The notes under the pieces were generated by a model, which searched no databases, was not told the origin of the DNA, and was given only the letters and a program-made list of their open reading frames with translations. DNA of 64,000 nucleotides from the NCBI GenBank assembly GCA_035293405.1, contig DATDOE010000113.1:28263-92262 (forward strand), read 5' to 3'. Both the position numbers and the translations under genes were made by a program. This DNA is from Vicinamibacterales bacterium (GTDB lineage Bacteria > Acidobacteriota > Vicinamibacteria > Vicinamibacterales > UBA2999). Of this stretch, positions 59,802-64,000 are shown piece by piece. The first letter of the stretch is position 1, and each line of letters opens with the position of its first letter.

Positions 59802-60619
59802 CAGGCAACCGAGCTCCGCGCCTCGGGTCGCCGCGTCTGTGCCCGTCCTCGTACGCCGAGCAGCGCTTGCAGCCGCACCTGGAGCGCGCTGGCGTCGAGC
59901 CCCCGCTCCAGGTCGCCCCCAATCGCCAGCGAGATCGATCCGGTCTCCTCTGACACGACGATCGCCACCGCGTCGTTCTCTTCCGTCAGTCCGAGCGCGG
60001 CACGATGCCGCGTACCCAGATCGCGGCTCACGCGCGGGCTCACGGACAAGGGAAGAAAGCAGGCCGCGGCGGCGATGCGGTCACCCTGCACGATGACGGC
60101 GCCGTCATGGAGAGGCGAGCCGGTGTGAAAAATGCTGGCCAGCAGGTCGTAGGTCACCATCGCATCGAGCGGTATCCCACCCTCGATATAGTTGCGAAGC
60201 CCGATCTGCCGCTCGATCGCGATGATCGCGCCGATGCGGCGCGCGGACAGCGTGGTGGCGGCGATGACCAGCTCCTCGAGGGTCTCATCGTCGCTCGACG
60301 CCCGCTCGAAGTACTTGAAGAACTGTGCGCGGCCGAAGTGCGCCAGGGCGCGGCGGATGTCAGCCTGAAACAGCACGATGATCGCAAACACGACGTAGGT
60401 CGCGAGGTTGCGGATCACCCAGTTGACCGTCTCCAACCCGAGCCACTGCGAGACGAAGAAGAGTCCGATCAGGAAGCCGCCGCTGAGCGCCATCTGCATC
60501 GCGCGTGTGCCGCGGATGAGGAGCAGCAGCTCGTAGACGAGAATCGAGACGAGCGCGATGTCGAGCAGGTCCCACCACGACACCGCGGGCCGACGCAGCA
60601 GTTCCGAGAGGTATTCCAT
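59801..60619 (-). CDS. cdaA: diadenylate cyclase
   Basis: Three N-terminal TM helices. DAC domain 'GAIIAIER', 'PLHDGAVIV', 'GTRHRAALGLTEE'. Confidence 0.9.
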   Translation of the reverse strand: MEYLSELLRRPAVSWWDLLDIALVSILVYELLLLIRGTRAMQMALSGGFLIGLFFVSQWLGLETVNWVIRNLATYVVFAIIVLFQADIRRALAHFGRAQFFKYFERASSDDETLEELVIAATTLSARRIGAIIAIERQIGLRNYIEGGIPLDAMVTYDLLASIFHTGSPLHDGAVIVQGDRIAAAACFLPLSVSPRVSRDLGTRHRAALGLTEENDAVAIVVSEETGSISLAIGGDLERGLDASALQVRLQALLGVRGRAQTRRPEARSSVA

Positions 60620-60628
60620 GCAGCGGGC

Positions 60629-61510
60629 TCACTCGACCGATGCGCGATGATACTTCCGAATCTCATCGGCGACGCGCACGACCTCCGCCATCTCCCGGAC
60701 GGCGTGCACGCGGACGATATGAGCGCCGGACAGGACCGCCGCCGTGACGGCAGCCGTGGTCGGCCAGTCTCGCGCGGCAGCCTGTACGTCGCGGCGCGCG
60801 AGAGGGCGGGTCAGGAAAGTTTTTCGCGACGGCCCGACGACCACAGGGCGTCCAAGCTCGCTGAACTGCTGAAGGCGCGCGAGGACCTCGAAGCTGTGGG
60901 GCGCCTCCTTGGCGAACCCGAGCCCAGGGTCGACGAGCATGAGCTCCTTGGCGATACCGGCGCCGCCGGCAAATGCCATGCTCTCGCGGAGCTCGTCGAG
61001 CACTTCATCCACCACCTCCGAGTAGACCGCCTGCCGATACATGTCGCGCGAGCGTCCACGGGTGTGCATCAGCACGATCGGGACGCCGTGCCTGGCGACG
61101 ACCGCCGCGAGGTCCGGCTCGTATCTGAGGCCGCTGACGTCGTTGACGAGCGACGCGCCAGACTTGAGCGCGGCGTCGGCCGTGGAGGCTTTGTAGGTGT
61201 CGATGGATATTGGCACCTGCACACGCGCGGCCAGTGCTTCAATCACCGGCAGCACACGGCGGAGCTCTTCAGCCGCGGGGGTCGGCTGCGCTCCGGGCCT
61301 GGTTGACTCGCCGCCGATGTCGAGCAGATCGGCGCCCTCGTCCACCATCCTCACCCCGGCATCGATCGCCTGCCGCGCATCGAGCAGCTCGCCGCCGTCG
61401 GAGAACGAGTCGGGCGTGACGTTGATGATCCCCATCACCAACGTGCGATCTCCCAACGCGAGCGACCGGCCGCCAGGGAGCGACAGGACAAAGCGACGAC
61501 GGGGGAACAC
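60629..61510 (-). CDS. folP: dihydropteroate synthase
   Basis: GTG start. 'MGIINVTPDSFSDGG', 'DIGGESTRPG', 'VNDVSG'. Confidence 0.92.
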   Translation of the reverse strand: MFPRRRFVLSLPGGRSLALGDRTLVMGIINVTPDSFSDGGELLDARQAIDAGVRMVDEGADLLDIGGESTRPGAQPTPAAEELRRVLPVIEALAARVQVPISIDTYKASTADAALKSGASLVNDVSGLRYEPDLAAVVARHGVPIVLMHTRGRSRDMYRQAVYSEVVDEVLDELRESMAFAGGAGIAKELMLVDPGLGFAKEAPHSFEVLARLQQFSELGRPVVVGPSRKTFLTRPLARRDVQAAARDWPTTAAVTAAVLSGAHIVRVHAVREMAEVVRVADEIRKYHRASVE

Positions 61511-61528
61511 GAAGGAACACTACACCAA

Positions 61529-61632
61529 GTGCAAAGTGCAAAGTGGAAAGTGCAAAGTCCGTGAAAAGTCAAAAGTGCGAAGCAAGTGAGTACTTCTCAC
61601 TTACTTCGCACTTCACACTTCGTACTTCAAAC
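61529..61632. repeat. heptamer-array inverted repeat, GTGCAAA/TTCGCAC flavour
   Basis: Left: gtgcaaa gtgcaaa gtggaaa gtgcaaa (gtcc) gtgaaaa gtcaaaa gtgcgaa gcaagtgag. Loop: tact. Right: tctcac ttac ttcgcac ttcacac ttcgtac ttcaaac. Confidence 0.9.
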
Positions 61633-63564
<1,932 letters not shown>

Positions 63565-63608
63565 CCCAGTCGTTTCCGGGAAAAAACCGGGCCTGCTTTA
63601 CAAGAGTA

Positions 63609-64000
63609 TCACTTCGTCGACGGTCCCTGCTCTAGTAAGACCAGTTTTCCGCGCCGAAGTTCCGCGCGTCCTCCGGGGAGGTCGGCACCCCCCGACAGCC
63701 CCGCTGCTACCCCGAGCGCGGCCTCCACATGGTCGAGGCCGATTTCCCGGTCAGTGGCCAGCATCCGGAGGGCTTTCAACAGAATGCGGCGCTGAATGGG
63801 CGCCGGCTCGTCGTCGAGAGCCGCGGCATCGATCTCGAGCCCATGTGCACACGGCCGCACCAGCGCCTCGAACCGGCTCTTGCTCAACTCGTCCAGCCAC
63901 TGACCGTCCTCGCGCACAAGCCCGGCCGCGCGGGCAATGGCAGAACTCGTATCGGCACCAGCGGCCAGGTTCAGCTCAGGCAAAACGCGGTGACGGATCC
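63609..64000 (-). CDS. tilS: probable tRNA(Ile)-lysidine synthase, C-terminal part (5' end outside window)
   Basis: The reading frame is open to the window edge. The helical substrate-binding-like region 'PAPIQRRILLKALRML' and the position upstream of ftsH fit tilS. The N-terminal PP-loop is not visible. Confidence 0.55.
   Translation of the reverse strand, partial: IRHRVLPELNLAAGADTSSAIARAAGLVREDGQWLDELSKSRFEALVRPCAHGLEIDAAALDDEPAPIQRRILLKALRMLATDREIGLDHVEAALGVAAGLSGGADLPGGRAELRRGKLVLLEQGPSTK

Noticed and set aside
1151-61632. Heptamer arrays as CRISPR or as protein-coding low-complexity genes
   Set aside because: The units are 7 bp with no unique spacers and there are no cas genes. The ORFs through them ('QNAKCKMQNAK', 'WELGVGSWELG') exist only because the repeats lack stop codons in some frames.

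Overview
High-G+C bacterial chromosome segment. The gene content and repeat style look Acidobacteria-like, but that is an inference, not a verified placement. Most of the window is densely packed housekeeping genes: hemB-hemL, rseP-dxr-cdsA-uppS-truA, a split pyrimidine regulon (pyrE; pyrR-pyrB-pyrC; pyrK-pyrD-pyrF), LPS/envelope genes, a metal-efflux ATPase with an ArsR repressor, a GldG-type ABC module, queC-queE, nth, pdxJ, glmM-cdaR-cdaA, folP and ftsH. No rRNA, tRNA, CRISPR array, integrase or transposase was recognised. Four things stand out. (1) A roughly 5 kb stretch of visibly lower G+C (about 20.76-25.7 kb) carries two DNA methyltransferases and a PLD-family (HKD) nuclease. It reads as a BfiI/NgoFVII-like type IIS restriction-modification island. 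One methyltransferase has the beta-class motifs in circularly permuted order, and a chimeric remnant of an FtsX permease marks the right edge. (2) A compact bacterial microcompartment operon (52.7-56.9 kb) has one BMC-H, three BMC-P, a class II aldolase with a C-terminal encapsulation-peptide-like helix, and a 73-aa protein made of an encapsulation-like helix plus a four-Cys motif. It has no aldehyde dehydrogenase, PduL or acetate kinase. (3) At least 14 loci consist of tandem 7-bp units, usually arranged as inverted arms. They come in five sequence flavours and mostly start within a few nt of a stop codon. One array lies in frame inside queC, and another supplies the signal peptide of dacB. 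(4) A second, G+C-rich REP-like hairpin family is bounded by CGTAG/CTACG. Smaller regulatory calls are a PyrR-binding leader with an extended -10 promoter and an ArsR/SmtB 10-2-10 operator.
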